Origin: an uncultured Gemmatimonadales bacterium
GTDB lineage: Bacteria > Gemmatimonadota > Gemmatimonadetes > Gemmatimonadales > GWC2-71-9
Length of the DNA: 46,866 nucleotides
Reading direction: 5' to 3'
NCBI GenBank assembly: GCA_963844035.1
Contig: CAWJMT010000034.1
Coordinates: 1 to 46,866, forward strand
A model generated the notes under the pieces. It was given only the letters and a program-made list of their open reading frames with translations. It ran no database searches and was not told the origin of the DNA. Positions 33,266 through 42,418 of the stretch are shown in pieces. The stretch's first letter is position 1. Each line of letters opens with the position of its first letter. The position numbers and the translations under genes were made by a program.

Positions 33266-34107
33266 GCGCCCTGCTGAAAGTGGACTCACTCCGCAAGGTG
33301 TTCTCGGTGCGCGGCCGCGATGGCGGGGCCGAAGAGCTCGTCGCAGTTGACGACGTCAGCTTCGTGGTACCGCACTCAGGATCGCTCGCCATCGTCGGCG
33401 AATCCGGTTCGGGCAAGACCACTGTGGCGCGCATCATCGCCGGCTTGGAGACGTCTACGGCGGGCGTCGTCACAGTGGAAGGGGCGCAGCGTGAAGGCGG
33501 TCGTCTGTCATCAAAGACGCGCCGACTCCAGGCACGCCAGATCCAGATGGTGTTCCAGGACCCTTACTCGTCACTGGATCCCCACCAGTCCGTGGACGCC
33601 GCCATCTCTGAAGTGCTTCGCGAGCATCTCGGCCTCGACCGCAGGGCGCGCAAAGAGCGCGTGACCGAGATCCTCGAGATGGTGGGACTGGACGAGCGGC
33701 ACCTGGCCGCGCTGCCACGCGCGCTCTCAGGGGGACAGCGGCAGCGCGTCGCAGTCGCCAAGGCCCTTGCCGTCAGTCCTCGCCTCCTGATCCTTGATGA
33801 GGCGGTCTCCGCTCTGGACGTAAGCGTGCAAGCCCAGGTGCTCAACATGCTCGCCGATCTCCGCACTACGCTCGAGGTCGCCTTCCTGTTCATCTCCCAT
33901 GACCTCGGTGTGGTGCGGCAGATCAGCGAGGAGTGCGTGGTCATGTACCACGGAAGAGTCGTCGAGGCGGGGGCCACGGACGAGGTTCTACGCAGTCCGA
34001 CCGACCCGTACACGCAGCAGCTTCTTGCGGCCATTCCCGAGCCCGGCTGGCGACCGCAGCGGCACAATGCCGGTGGACGGCAAACGACAGAGGGGCGGAC
34101 GGCATGA
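33262..34107 (+). CDS. ABC ATPase (DppF/OppF-like)
   Basis: GESGSGKT, LSGGQRQR, LDEAVSALDVSVQAQ. Confidence 0.94.
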   Translation: MSALLKVDSLRKVFSVRGRDGGAEELVAVDDVSFVVPHSGSLAIVGESGSGKTTVARIIAGLETSTAGVVTVEGAQREGGRLSSKTRRLQARQIQMVFQDPYSSLDPHQSVDAAISEVLREHLGLDRRARKERVTEILEMVGLDERHLAALPRALSGGQRQRVAVAKALAVSPRLLILDEAVSALDVSVQAQVLNMLADLRTTLEVAFLFISHDLGVVRQISEECVVMYHGRVVEAGATDEVLRSPTDPYTQQLLAAIPEPGWRPQRHNAGGRQTTEGRTA

Positions 34108-35552
34108 CGACTACTGGGGGCGACGACCTCTGCTACATGACCGCGACCGAGTTGGCCAGAGCGTTTCACTCGCACACGACTTCCCCGGTTGAACTAGTCA
34201 CGGCACTTCTCGATCGCATCGAACGCCTGAACCCCAAGGTCAATGCATTTGTCACGCTCCTCGGCGAGCAGGCGCTCGCACAGGCTGAAGCCGCGGAGAG
34301 ACGCCTGATGTCCGGAGAGACGGTGGGACCGCTCTGCGGTCTTCCCGTGATGGTGAAGGACTTGACGCCGACCGCAGGCGTGAGAACGACGTTCGGATCA
34401 TGTCACTACTCGGAGTATGTCCCGAAGGAGGATGCTCCCATCTGGGCGCGGCTGAAGGCCGCGGACGCCATCCTCCTCGGCAAGACGACGACCCCTGAGT
34501 TCGGAGAGCACTCGATCACCGAGAGTCCGCTCACGGGCGTCACCAACAACCCGTGGGATCTCTCGCGTACGGTGGGTGGCTCGAGCGGCGGCTCTGCTGC
34601 AGCACTGGCGGCAGGATTCGGACCTCTCGCCACCGGGAGCGACGGCGGCGGCTCGATACGGGTGCCATCCGCCTTCTGCGGCGTCGTCGGCCTCAAGCCT
34701 TCGCCGGGTCGCATACCGCTGGGTCCCGAAGGTTCTCCTTACGACACCGTGTCAGTGGTCGGCCCCATGACACGGACGGTGGCCGACGCCGCCCTGCTGC
34801 TGACCGCGGTCGCAGGCCCCGACCCGTACAATCCGGTGTCCCTCCCCGAGCAGGGGGTGGACTACCTGGCCCTGCTCAAGAACGCCTCTGTCAAGGGTCT
34901 GCGAGTCGCATTCAGCCCCGACCTGGGCAACCCTCCCATCGAGAGTGGTGTGAGTGCTGCACTGGAGCGCGCAGCAGAGGCGTTCGAGCGGGAACTCGAG
35001 GCGGAAGTCGAGGAGGTCGATCTTCAGCTGCCGGACCCCTTCGACTACTTCGTGCATTGGTGGGCGCCTCAGATCGCCCTGGAGTTCGATGAGTTCGTCA
35101 CTTCGATTGGCGCCGACCCAAGTGGAAGCCATCCTCTCTTCCAGGAGGTCGTCGCAGAGGGCCGAGCCATGTCAGCCGTCGAGTATGCGCAGGTTCAATA
35201 CAGGCAACGCGCCAGGATCCACAAGGCGTTCGCAGAGGTATTCGCTGACTACGACCTGCTCCTCATGCCGACGACGCCTATGGCAGCCTTTCCTCATCCA
35301 GGTCCAGAGGGAGGACCGCTTGAGGTGGCGGGCAGATCCTCGAATTACCCAGCGCTTGAGAATCAACGCTGTACCGAGGCCATTGCGCACGCCGGCTACC
35401 CCGCCATTACGGTCCCCTGTGGATTCACGCAAGAGGGCCTGCCTGTAGGGCTGCAGATCGCCGCTGGCCATGGGCGTGACGCAGACGTTCTCCGCGCCGC
35501 AGCAGCATTCGAGCGGGCCACACCCTGGCAATCTCGCCGGCCCCTGCTTTAG
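34104..35552 (+). CDS. Amidase signature family enzyme
   Basis: GLPVMVKD (Lys), GGSSGGSAAA, GSDGGGSIRVPSAFCG. Confidence 0.95.
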   Translation: MTTTGGDDLCYMTATELARAFHSHTTSPVELVTALLDRIERLNPKVNAFVTLLGEQALAQAEAAERRLMSGETVGPLCGLPVMVKDLTPTAGVRTTFGSCHYSEYVPKEDAPIWARLKAADAILLGKTTTPEFGEHSITESPLTGVTNNPWDLSRTVGGSSGGSAAALAAGFGPLATGSDGGGSIRVPSAFCGVVGLKPSPGRIPLGPEGSPYDTVSVVGPMTRTVADAALLLTAVAGPDPYNPVSLPEQGVDYLALLKNASVKGLRVAFSPDLGNPPIESGVSAALERAAEAFERELEAEVEEVDLQLPDPFDYFVHWWAPQIALEFDEFVTSIGADPSGSHPLFQEVVAEGRAMSAVEYAQVQYRQRARIHKAFAEVFADYDLLLMPTTPMAAFPHPGPEGGPLEVAGRSSNYPALENQRCTEAIAHAGYPAITVPCGFTQEGLPVGLQIAAGHGRDADVLRAAAAFERATPWQSRRPLL

Positions 35553-35659
35553 ACCTGCGCTTTCTGACAACGCCAGACGCGCCGAGCTGCCTTTGTGTGG
35601 CGGGCGTGAGGGGTCACCGTTATCGGCGCGACTACCATGATCATGGCTAGCCGCTCGGC

Positions 35660-35944
35660 TGCCGACATGCTGCTGACGAGACGTCTCGCCACGGCTGAGT
35701 ATGCGCCATCGCTCGAGGTCATCGCCCCTCGCCAGAACCTTGGACTGTGCAGCACTTTCGCGTCCCGGCCACCACCCGGCGACACCGCAGTCTGACGACT
35801 GCAAAACCTCCATCAGCGGTTCGACTCCGCTCGCCGCCTCCAACAACTTCCCTGCATCTGGCGATTTCCGGTCGTGCGCACCTGCGCACAGAACTTCCGA
35901 ATCGGCAGGACTGCCGACATTCGGCCGACGAGACTCGGCGGCAT
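35660..35944 (+). repeat. attP-like site 1 (arm - tRNA-Cys core - arm)
   Basis: TGCCGAC-N4-TGCTGAC at 35660, GTGCAGCAC at 35747, core 35799-35842, TCGGCA-N4-TGCCGAC-N4-GGCCGAC at 35902-35929. Colinear with 41970-42251. Confidence 0.8.
35799..35842 (+). pseudogene. tRNA-Cys(GCA) 3' half only (att core)
   Basis: CTGCAAA anticodon loop, T arm AGCGG-TTCGACT-CCGCT, acceptor 3' strand and TCCA. No 5' acceptor strand or D arm upstream. Confidence 0.88.
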
Positions 35945-36090
35945 ACGGTGGTACTGCTGCGCATGAGGCGCATGAGGCGTGACAGTCAGGGCGACGTTCC
36001 CCACCCGCGCGGACTGGTTACACTGCAGGGACGAGCTCTGCCTGGGGCGCCGTGCCGGCTCTCCCGGTAGAGTGCGCGTGAGACCTGGAG

Positions 36091-36705
36091 GTGGCGTTGG
36101 CCTCGATCCCTGCTGGAACGTTGGTCCGTTTCCGCGCCAAAGAGATGGCGCGGCTGCGCTTCCCGCCTCCTTGCGCCGAGGCGGGCATCGCCGTGCACCC
36201 CGACGCCCTGCGTGCGCCGCAGAACGGACTGACGCTTGCCGCGTGCGCAGATGCCGCACGCTGCCTGCAGTGGGTCGGCGCCGTGGATGAGCAGATGCTG
36301 CTGCCCACCGCTGAGCGGGGCGCGTCGCTGCGCGCGGCGATCCTTGAGCGACTGCTCGTCGGCGGCCGCAGCTGGCAGGTGGTGCGGCCCGGACTGCTCA
36401 CCACTGCCGGCGTTGGCGATCCCTACCTGACGCTCTACGCAGGGGAGCGGCCCTGGGTGGTGCTCGGCGAACTCGAGGATGGCCAGCTGCTGGCCGCTCC
36501 TTTGAACGGTGTTCTCGGTAACCCGAAATGGTTCGCCCCGCAGGTGGCCGCGCGACACCTGCTGTTCCCCGGCGCCAGGGCCGCGCAGCTCGAGCTCGCG
36601 CACCTGTGGTCGCTTCCGGCGACGCTCCGGAGCAGCGGCGTGGTCCACGGCGATGCCCACGCCGATCTCGGCTGGTCGCTGATCGAGTACTACGCGGCGG
36701 ACTGA
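36091..36705 (+). CDS. Hypothetical protein, C-terminal half possibly PemK/MazF-like
   Basis: 204-aa ORF; ERPWVVLG...LLAAPLN...QLELAHLWSLP pattern. Fold assignment by eye only. Confidence 0.55.
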   Translation: MALASIPAGTLVRFRAKEMARLRFPPPCAEAGIAVHPDALRAPQNGLTLAACADAARCLQWVGAVDEQMLLPTAERGASLRAAILERLLVGGRSWQVVRPGLLTTAGVGDPYLTLYAGERPWVVLGELEDGQLLAAPLNGVLGNPKWFAPQVAARHLLFPGARAAQLELAHLWSLPATLRSSGVVHGDAHADLGWSLIEYYAAD

Positions 36706-36847
36706 GGCCGCGCTCACTGCTAGCGGCCACAAACATGAGGGGCGTCGCATCACCCGGCGCGTGGCTTCCCGTGCTGCCGCCCTCCCCGTGCCCGCAGAGG
36801 TCAGTCGGCCGACTCTCCTCCTCGAGGGCCTTGCCGTCCACCGAAGC

Positions 36848-39800
36848 CTAGCCCGTTGCCGGCGTGTAGGGGTACGCCGCGAGTCTGGCTTTGACGGTCA
36901 GCAGCCGGTGACCCCTGTAGAGCTTCACCGTGACGATGTCGCCCGGCTTGTGGCCGTCGAGGACCTTGTTGTACTCGCCCTCCGAGCGCACGGCTTTGCC
37001 GTCGACAGCGACGATGATGTCGCCACCGGTGACGAACTGCCATTCGCCGAGGTAGGGATGCGTGACCATCTTGACGCGCGTCCCGCCGCGGATCCCCGCT
37101 CGCGCAGCGGGCCCCCCGGGGTCCACGATCTCGACAAGGAAGCCCCGCGAGACCGGCAGCCCGAGGGCTCTTGCGTTTCCAGGGGGATTGTTGACCGTGG
37201 CGCCCTCGAAACCCAGCCACGTCTTGCGCCCGCCGAGGCTTTGGCTCGCTAGGTAGATGAAGTCGTGGATATACCCGATCGCCACGGCGGAGTTGGCGAC
37301 AGAGCTTGAATGGTCGCCGGTCGGGTCGTTGAAGCGCAGCCACGGGATCGGGCCGACCCAGCCGATCACCTTCCCGCTGGTGGCGATCAGCGGTGCGCCG
37401 ATGCTGTAGGCGTCGAGTTGGGAGTCCGTGCGCAGCGCCGTGACGGTCTTGGCGCGGGTCGACCCCGTCAGTTCCTGGTGCCACACCGCGGTCAGGTGCA
37501 TCGGGGTGCTTTCCAGCGTGGGGAACAGACCGAAGCGGCGCAGCATGACGACCGGCTCGCCGACACGGGCCTTGCCGGCATCACCCTCACCCAGTGGGAT
37601 CGGCACCAGGTGGACCTTGCGCGGGTCGACGGCGATGAGTGCGCAGCCGGTAAACGACCCTTCGTCGTGGATGACGAGGCCCCTCACCTTGGTGTACTGG
37701 CCGTTTGCTCCCCAGAACTCGCAGATCACCCACAGGGGGTGGATGGGGAGATAGACGTTCCGCACCATGGGGCCGTGCCGATACGAATCACCCACGAGTG
37801 CGGTGCTGGTGGCGATCAGGCCACTCCTGGAGATGACGAAGCCCGTGCCCTGGACCTTCTTCCATCTGAGCCTGCCGTCGACGGCAAGCAGGACTCTGGA
37901 CGTGATCTGCACCACTCCGGGGCCGTACTTGTCCCGGATCTGGCTGGCCGTCATCCTGACCGGCCCCGGTGCGTTCGCATGGTCGAACCCGAACATCCAG
38001 AGCGCCAGCCCCGCGGCTGCCGACGCTGCGAGCACAGCGACTGCCGCCACGAGTAGTGGGGCGCGGCGCCTGAGCGTGCGCCGGGTGCGCCGCGAGAGCA
38101 GCCAGCGGCGCCTGGGGCGCTGGGCCTCCGCTGCCACCCGCTCGGCTCGCGCGAAGTGGGCCGCGGCGGCCGTGGCGTCAAGGGGCGCCGCGCGGCCGCC
38201 CGCGAGCTCCAGATAGCGGGCGGTGGGCTCGGCGAGTTCGTCCTCGAGCTCGAAGAGGCCCGCGGCGGTCGCCATCTCCAGGGCGGTGCCGTAGTGGAAT
38301 GCCAAGATCTCGGCGAGGTCCTCGGTGCGGCCTGCAGTCCGTTCCTCCAGCCATCTCGCGAGGCGGGCGTGCTTGGCCGCCCTGTCCGCGAGCGTGAGCT
38401 GGGAGTAGGCGACGTCGCGGACCAGGGCGTGCACGAAGACGAACTCGGTCTCGCCTTCGATCGAGGAGGCGCGCTCGGGACGCACGAGCTCCTTGGCGAC
38501 CAAGTCGTAGAAGCCCTCGAGGACGTCGGCGAACTCATGCGGGCCCACCGCTGCGACCGCCCCGGCCCAGAAGCTGCGACCGACCACGGCAGCGTCGGCG
38601 AGCAGCGCCTTGCGCTCCGCTGACAGCAGCTCGAGGCGGGCGGCGATCAGCGCGCCGATCGAGTCGGACACCGGCAGCTCGGCACCCTCTTTGAGCGCGA
38701 CGGTGCCGCCGCGCCGCACGAGCAGGTCGCGGTCTTCCAGCAGCCGCACCAGTTCCTCGGCGAAGAGGGGGTTGCCGCCGGAGGCCTCGAGTAGCTTGGC
38801 CTGCAAGCTCACCGGCAGCGACCTGGTGCCGAGACGGGTCAGGAGCAGCTGAGAGGTCTCCTCGCCGGAGAGAGGGCCGAGGACAAGGTGGGTGGCCGCC
38901 GCCACGAAGCCCGCGCCGGGGCCGCCAAGCTCCGTTACCTCTGGCCGGGCACTGGCCAGCACCAGCAGGGGCAGCCGCGCGGTGCTCTTCGCCAGGAAGT
39001 CCATAAAGGCGAGCAGCGCCTCGTCAGCCCAGTGCAGGTCCTGGACGACGATGATGGCAGGGCCGGAGGCGGCGAGGCCCTCGAGGAACTCCCGCCAGGC
39101 GGCGAAGTTCTCCTCGCGGCCCGCCTCCTCTGCCTCGAGGCCCACGAGCGGCCGCAGGCGGGCTCGCAGCCGGTCACGGTCGCTCGTGTCGGGCAGGACG
39201 CTCTCCAGGCGCGCCTCGGCCCGAGCTACGTCGTCGCTCTCCAGGATGCCGGCCGAGTCGCGCACGATCTCGGAGAGAGCCCAGAAGGTGACGCCGGGGC
39301 CGAAGGGCAAGCAGCGGCCCTCACGCCAGGTCACGACTTGTGGCAGGTCGTTCAAGCGGCGGGCGAACTCGGCCAGCAGGCGGCTCTTGCCGATGCCCGG
39401 CTCGCCGACGACCAGGGCGAAGCGGGGCTCGTGTTCGCCGATGGCTTCATCGACCAGAGCATGCAGGGCGACAAGCTCATCTTCGCGGCCGACGAAGGGA
39501 GAAGCGAAGCTGCGCAGCTCGGAGCCGGTGCGGGCCAAGGGCGCAGTGGCGATCCAGGCAGAGAGGGGCTTGGACTTGCCCTTGAGCGTGACCGGGTGGC
39601 AAGGCTCGAAGGAAAAGACCCTCTCAGTGGCTACGTGCGTGAGTTCGCCGACCGCCACCGCCATCGGCGGGGCCGCGGATTGCAGGTGAGCGGCGACGTT
39701 GACGGCGTCACCGGTGAGAAGCCCCTCGCCGGAAGCGGGGTCGACGTCCAGGCGCACCAGCGCTTCGCCGGTGGTGATGCCGACCCTGACCTCCACCGCC

Positions 39801-40144
39801 TGGCCGCCGATGCCCGGCAATGCGTCGACCTCGTCGATCAGGCGCAGACCGGCTCTCACCGCCCGCTCGGGGTCATCCTCGTGCAGGGTGGACACGCCAA
39901 AGACGGCGACCACGGCATCGCCGATGAACTTCTCCAGCGTCCCGCCGTACGACTCGATCGCCTCGCGAGCCACGGCGTGGTAGCGGCGCAGAAAGCCGTC
40001 GATAAGCTCGGGGTCGTTGCGCTCGGAGAGCGACGTGAAGCCGACCAGATCGCAGAAGAGGGTCGTGACGATCCGGCGCTCCTCGGAGCGGCGCGCAGTG
40101 GGCTCCTGCCGGCCGGGCGAGGACGATGGCGTGTCGGGATCCAC
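36848..40144 (-). CDS. Class III nucleotide cyclase + STAND/AAA ATPase + TM + HtrA-like pseudoprotease + PDZ
   Basis: [83 protein letters not shown]...PGGPAARAGIRGG...GDIIVAVDG. Confidence 0.88.
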   Translation of the reverse strand: MDPDTPSSSPGRQEPTARRSEERRIVTTLFCDLVGFTSLSERNDPELIDGFLRRYHAVAREAIESYGGTLEKFIGDAVVAVFGVSTLHEDDPERAVRAGLRLIDEVDALPGIGGQAVEVRVGITTGEALVRLDVDPASGEGLLTGDAVNVAAHLQSAAPPMAVAVGELTHVATERVFSFEPCHPVTLKGKSKPLSAWIATAPLARTGSELRSFASPFVGREDELVALHALVDEAIGEHEPRFALVVGEPGIGKSRLLAEFARRLNDLPQVVTWREGRCLPFGPGVTFWALSEIVRDSAGILESDDVARAEARLESVLPDTSDRDRLRARLRPLVGLEAEEAGREENFAAWREFLEGLAASGPAIIVVQDLHWADEALLAFMDFLAKSTARLPLLVLASARPEVTELGGPGAGFVAAATHLVLGPLSGEETSQLLLTRLGTRSLPVSLQAKLLEASGGNPLFAEELVRLLEDRDLLVRRGGTVALKEGAELPVSDSIGALIAARLELLSAERKALLADAAVVGRSFWAGAVAAVGPHEFADVLEGFYDLVAKELVRPERASSIEGETEFVFVHALVRDVAYSQLTLADRAAKHARLARWLEERTAGRTEDLAEILAFHYGTALEMATAAGLFELEDELAEPTARYLELAGGRAAPLDATAAAAHFARAERVAAEAQRPRRRWLLSRRTRRTLRRRAPLLVAAVAVLAASAAAGLALWMFGFDHANAPGPVRMTASQIRDKYGPGVVQITSRVLLAVDGRLRWKKVQGTGFVISRSGLIATSTALVGDSYRHGPMVRNVYLPIHPLWVICEFWGANGQYTKVRGLVIHDEGSFTGCALIAVDPRKVHLVPIPLGEGDAGKARVGEPVVMLRRFGLFPTLESTPMHLTAVWHQELTGSTRAKTVTALRTDSQLDAYSIGAPLIATSGKVIGWVGPIPWLRFNDPTGDHSSSVANSAVAIGYIHDFIYLASQSLGGRKTWLGFEGATVNNPPGNARALGLPVSRGFLVEIVDPGGPAARAGIRGGTRVKMVTHPYLGEWQFVTGGDIIVAVDGKAVRSEGEYNKVLDGHKPGDIVTVKLYRGHRLLTVKARLAAYPYTPATG

Positions 40145-40159
40145 CTCGTGCTCCTTGGG

Positions 40160-41417
40160 CTAGCGTGGAGCCCGGACCTGCGTCGGGGTGAGCCTGTCGG
40201 AGGTGTCGCCAAGGCCGAGTTGGCCGAAGCGGTTGAAGCCCCAAGCCCAGAGGCTGCCGTCCTTCTTCAACGCCAGGGTGTGGTAGGAGTCGGCGCCGCC
40301 GGGTGCGATCGCCGCCCAGTCGCGGGCGCTGCCGACCTGCGTCGGGCTGGACCTGTCGGTGGTGTCGCCCACGCCGAGCTGGCCGTGACTGTTCTCGCCC
40401 CAAGCCCAGAGGGTGCCGTCCTGTCTTCAGAGCCACGCTGTGGTGGCCAAGGCAGTAGGCCGCCGCCCAGTCATTCGAACTACCCACCAGGGTCGGGACC
40501 CTTCGCTCGATGGTGTCGCTCAGGCCGAGCTCACCGAAGTCGTTGTTGCCCCAGGCCCACAGGGTGCCGTCCTTCATGAGAGCCAGGCTGTAGCCCATGC
40601 CGGCCGAGACGGCTGTCCAGTCTTGGGCGCCCCCGACCTGGGTCGGGCTGTGTCTGTCAGTGTTGTCGCCAAGGCCGAGGTTGCCGTAGGTGTTGGAGCC
40701 AAATGCCCACAGAGTGCCGGACTTCTTGAGCGCCAGCGAGAAGTCACCGCCACCCGCGGCCGACGCCCAGTCCGTGTCGTGACCGACCTCGGCCGGGGAC
40801 CATCCCCAGTCGGTGTTGCCCACGCCGAGAGCGCCGTACCAGTTGGGTCCCCAGGACCAAAGGGTGCCGCCCTTCCTCATGGCGAGGCCGTGCTCGTAGC
40901 CGGGGAAGACGGCCGTCCAGTCGTGGGCGTGGCCGACCCGGGTAGGGGTCCATCTGTCGACGCTGGTGACGAAACCTGGAGCTGGAGCCTGTACCCGGCC
41001 GCGGCCAAGGCCGAGGTTGCCACCCCAATCGCTGTTGTTGCCCCAGGCCCAGAGGGTGCCGTCCTTCTTCAGGGCAAAGCTGTCGGCATAGCCGCCGGAG
41101 ACGGCCACCCAGTCGTGCGCTTGGCCGACCTGCCGGGGGGTGGCGTGCGCGGTGAAGTCCAGGTTGCCTTGGCCGAGCTGACCGTAGTCGTTCAGGCCCC
41201 AAGCCCAGAGGGTGCCATCCTGCTTCAGGGCCAAGGTGTTGTAGGAGGCGGCGGCCACGGCCGCCCACTCCCCTGTTCCGATTGCCGGGCTCGTCGCCGG
41301 TGCGAGACTCGTCGCCGGCGCGGCGCTCGTCGCCGGCTCGGCCGCGGCCATCTTCTGCGCACAGCCGGCCAGCAGAAGCACGCCAGCAAGCAGGACTAGT
41401 GCGCCAAGACGCTTCAC
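40160..41417 (-). CDS. RCC1/BLIP-II repeat beta-propeller lipoprotein (one frameshift near 40425)
   Basis: Lipobox LLAGC; repeated ALKxDGTLWAWGxNxxGxLGxG units; ORF 40160-40372 supplies the last repeat. Confidence 0.9.
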
Positions 41418-41969
41418 AGAAGCTCTCCCGCCAACCTGCTGAAAGGTGGGCGTGGCCGGTAGGGTGCCTTCGGCGGATCAACGGCTTCCTTGCGGACCGT
41501 CGCTCCGCATCTTATAGCCACCTGTACCTCGCGCGTCGCCAGTCCAAGCGGCGGTGCTGTTGGCGGGATGAGCCGGGAGGCAGGGTCACGAGGAAGGCTG
41601 GAGAGTCGACCGCACACAAGGCGATGCTGGCATGCCGGCATCAGCATCATCACGATCGGAGACGACAACCAAGGTGAGAATAGCCTCCGAGGCGACAATT
41701 AGTGGGCCACCAGCGACACCCGGGTCCCGCGTCACGGGGACGATAGCAGGCGATTCGGGTTGGGCCATGTGCGATCTGCGACCGACCCTACAGATCTTCC
41801 TCATCAAGTGTGAGTGATTGCCCTGAGGGGCCTCGGATATTTGACTGTCGGCAGACCCCTGCAGGTACGTGGGCCGGCTCCAATCGCTGAATCGGCAAGG
41901 AGCGGGCTCAAGACAGACGTTCGAGGCGAGGGCCGCCTTGCTGGGCCATCGTCTCGGCACCACCGCCAC

Positions 41970-42251
41970 TGCCGACGCATTGCTGACAAGCGGTGTCGTC
42001 ACAGTTCAGTACGGCTGGGTCGACCACGAATGGTGGCCGTTGGGACACCAGGACCGTGCAGCACAATCGCATCTGGCTGACTACAACTGCGCATCGCCAA
42101 CCGACGTCTGCAAAACCTCCATCACCGGTTCGACTCCGGTCGCCGCCTCCAATCTTCTTCCCGCAAATGAGCGCTTTCTGGCGGTTGCCCTGCGCCCATT
42201 CCCTTCCGATTCGGCACGGTTGCCGACATTGCCGACGAGAAGCGGCAGCAT
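41970..42251 (+). repeat. attP-like site 2 (arm - tRNA-Cys core - arm)
   Basis: TGCCGAC-N4-TGCTGAC at 41970, GTGCAGCAC at 42056, core 42108-42151, TCGGCA-N4-TGCCGAC-N2-TGCCGAC at 42211-42236. Confidence 0.8.
42108..42151 (+). pseudogene. tRNA-Cys(GCA) 3' half only (att core)
   Basis: 42/44 identical to 35799-35842. T arm ACCGG-TTCGACT-CCGGT. No 5' half. Confidence 0.88.
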
Positions 42252-42418
42252 CCAACGTGCAGGCGCAGACGGGTCAGCACGAAGCCTCCGCTCAGGTCGG
42301 CGCCATCCCCGGAGACGCTGGAGTCCCAGCGTGCGCGGGCTCCAGGAATGATCGACTGCCAGACTGGGGGCAAGGCTGGTGCCCGGCCCACCGGTCATGT
42401 TGCGCTACCATTGACCAC

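Larger units (their letters stand above)
35799..42107. mobile_element. Putative 6,309-bp integrase-less cassette between two att cores
   Basis: Bounded by direct 44-bp tRNA-Cys cores with arm repeats. Three recognisable genes, none a recombinase. Confidence 0.65.

Noticed and set aside
35765..35842. Complete tRNA-Cys gene
   Set aside because: No 5' acceptor strand or D arm, and the anticodon stem cannot pair. The copy at 42075-42151 likewise lacks the 5' acceptor strand and D arm.
38888..40579. Long antisense ORFs (e.g. 563 aa here, 428 aa at 11319, 378 aa at 32153)
   Set aside because: Shadow ORFs of high-GC genes on the opposite strand, with no recognisable motifs.
40160..41260. DNA repeats as DGR template/variable repeats or a mobile element
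   Set aside because: They are the coding RCC1 repeats. No reverse transcriptase is present.
41418..41969. Small ORFs or an integrase remnant before att site 2
   Set aside because: No tyrosine (HxxR...Y) or serine recombinase motifs and no convincing RBS seen; left unannotated.
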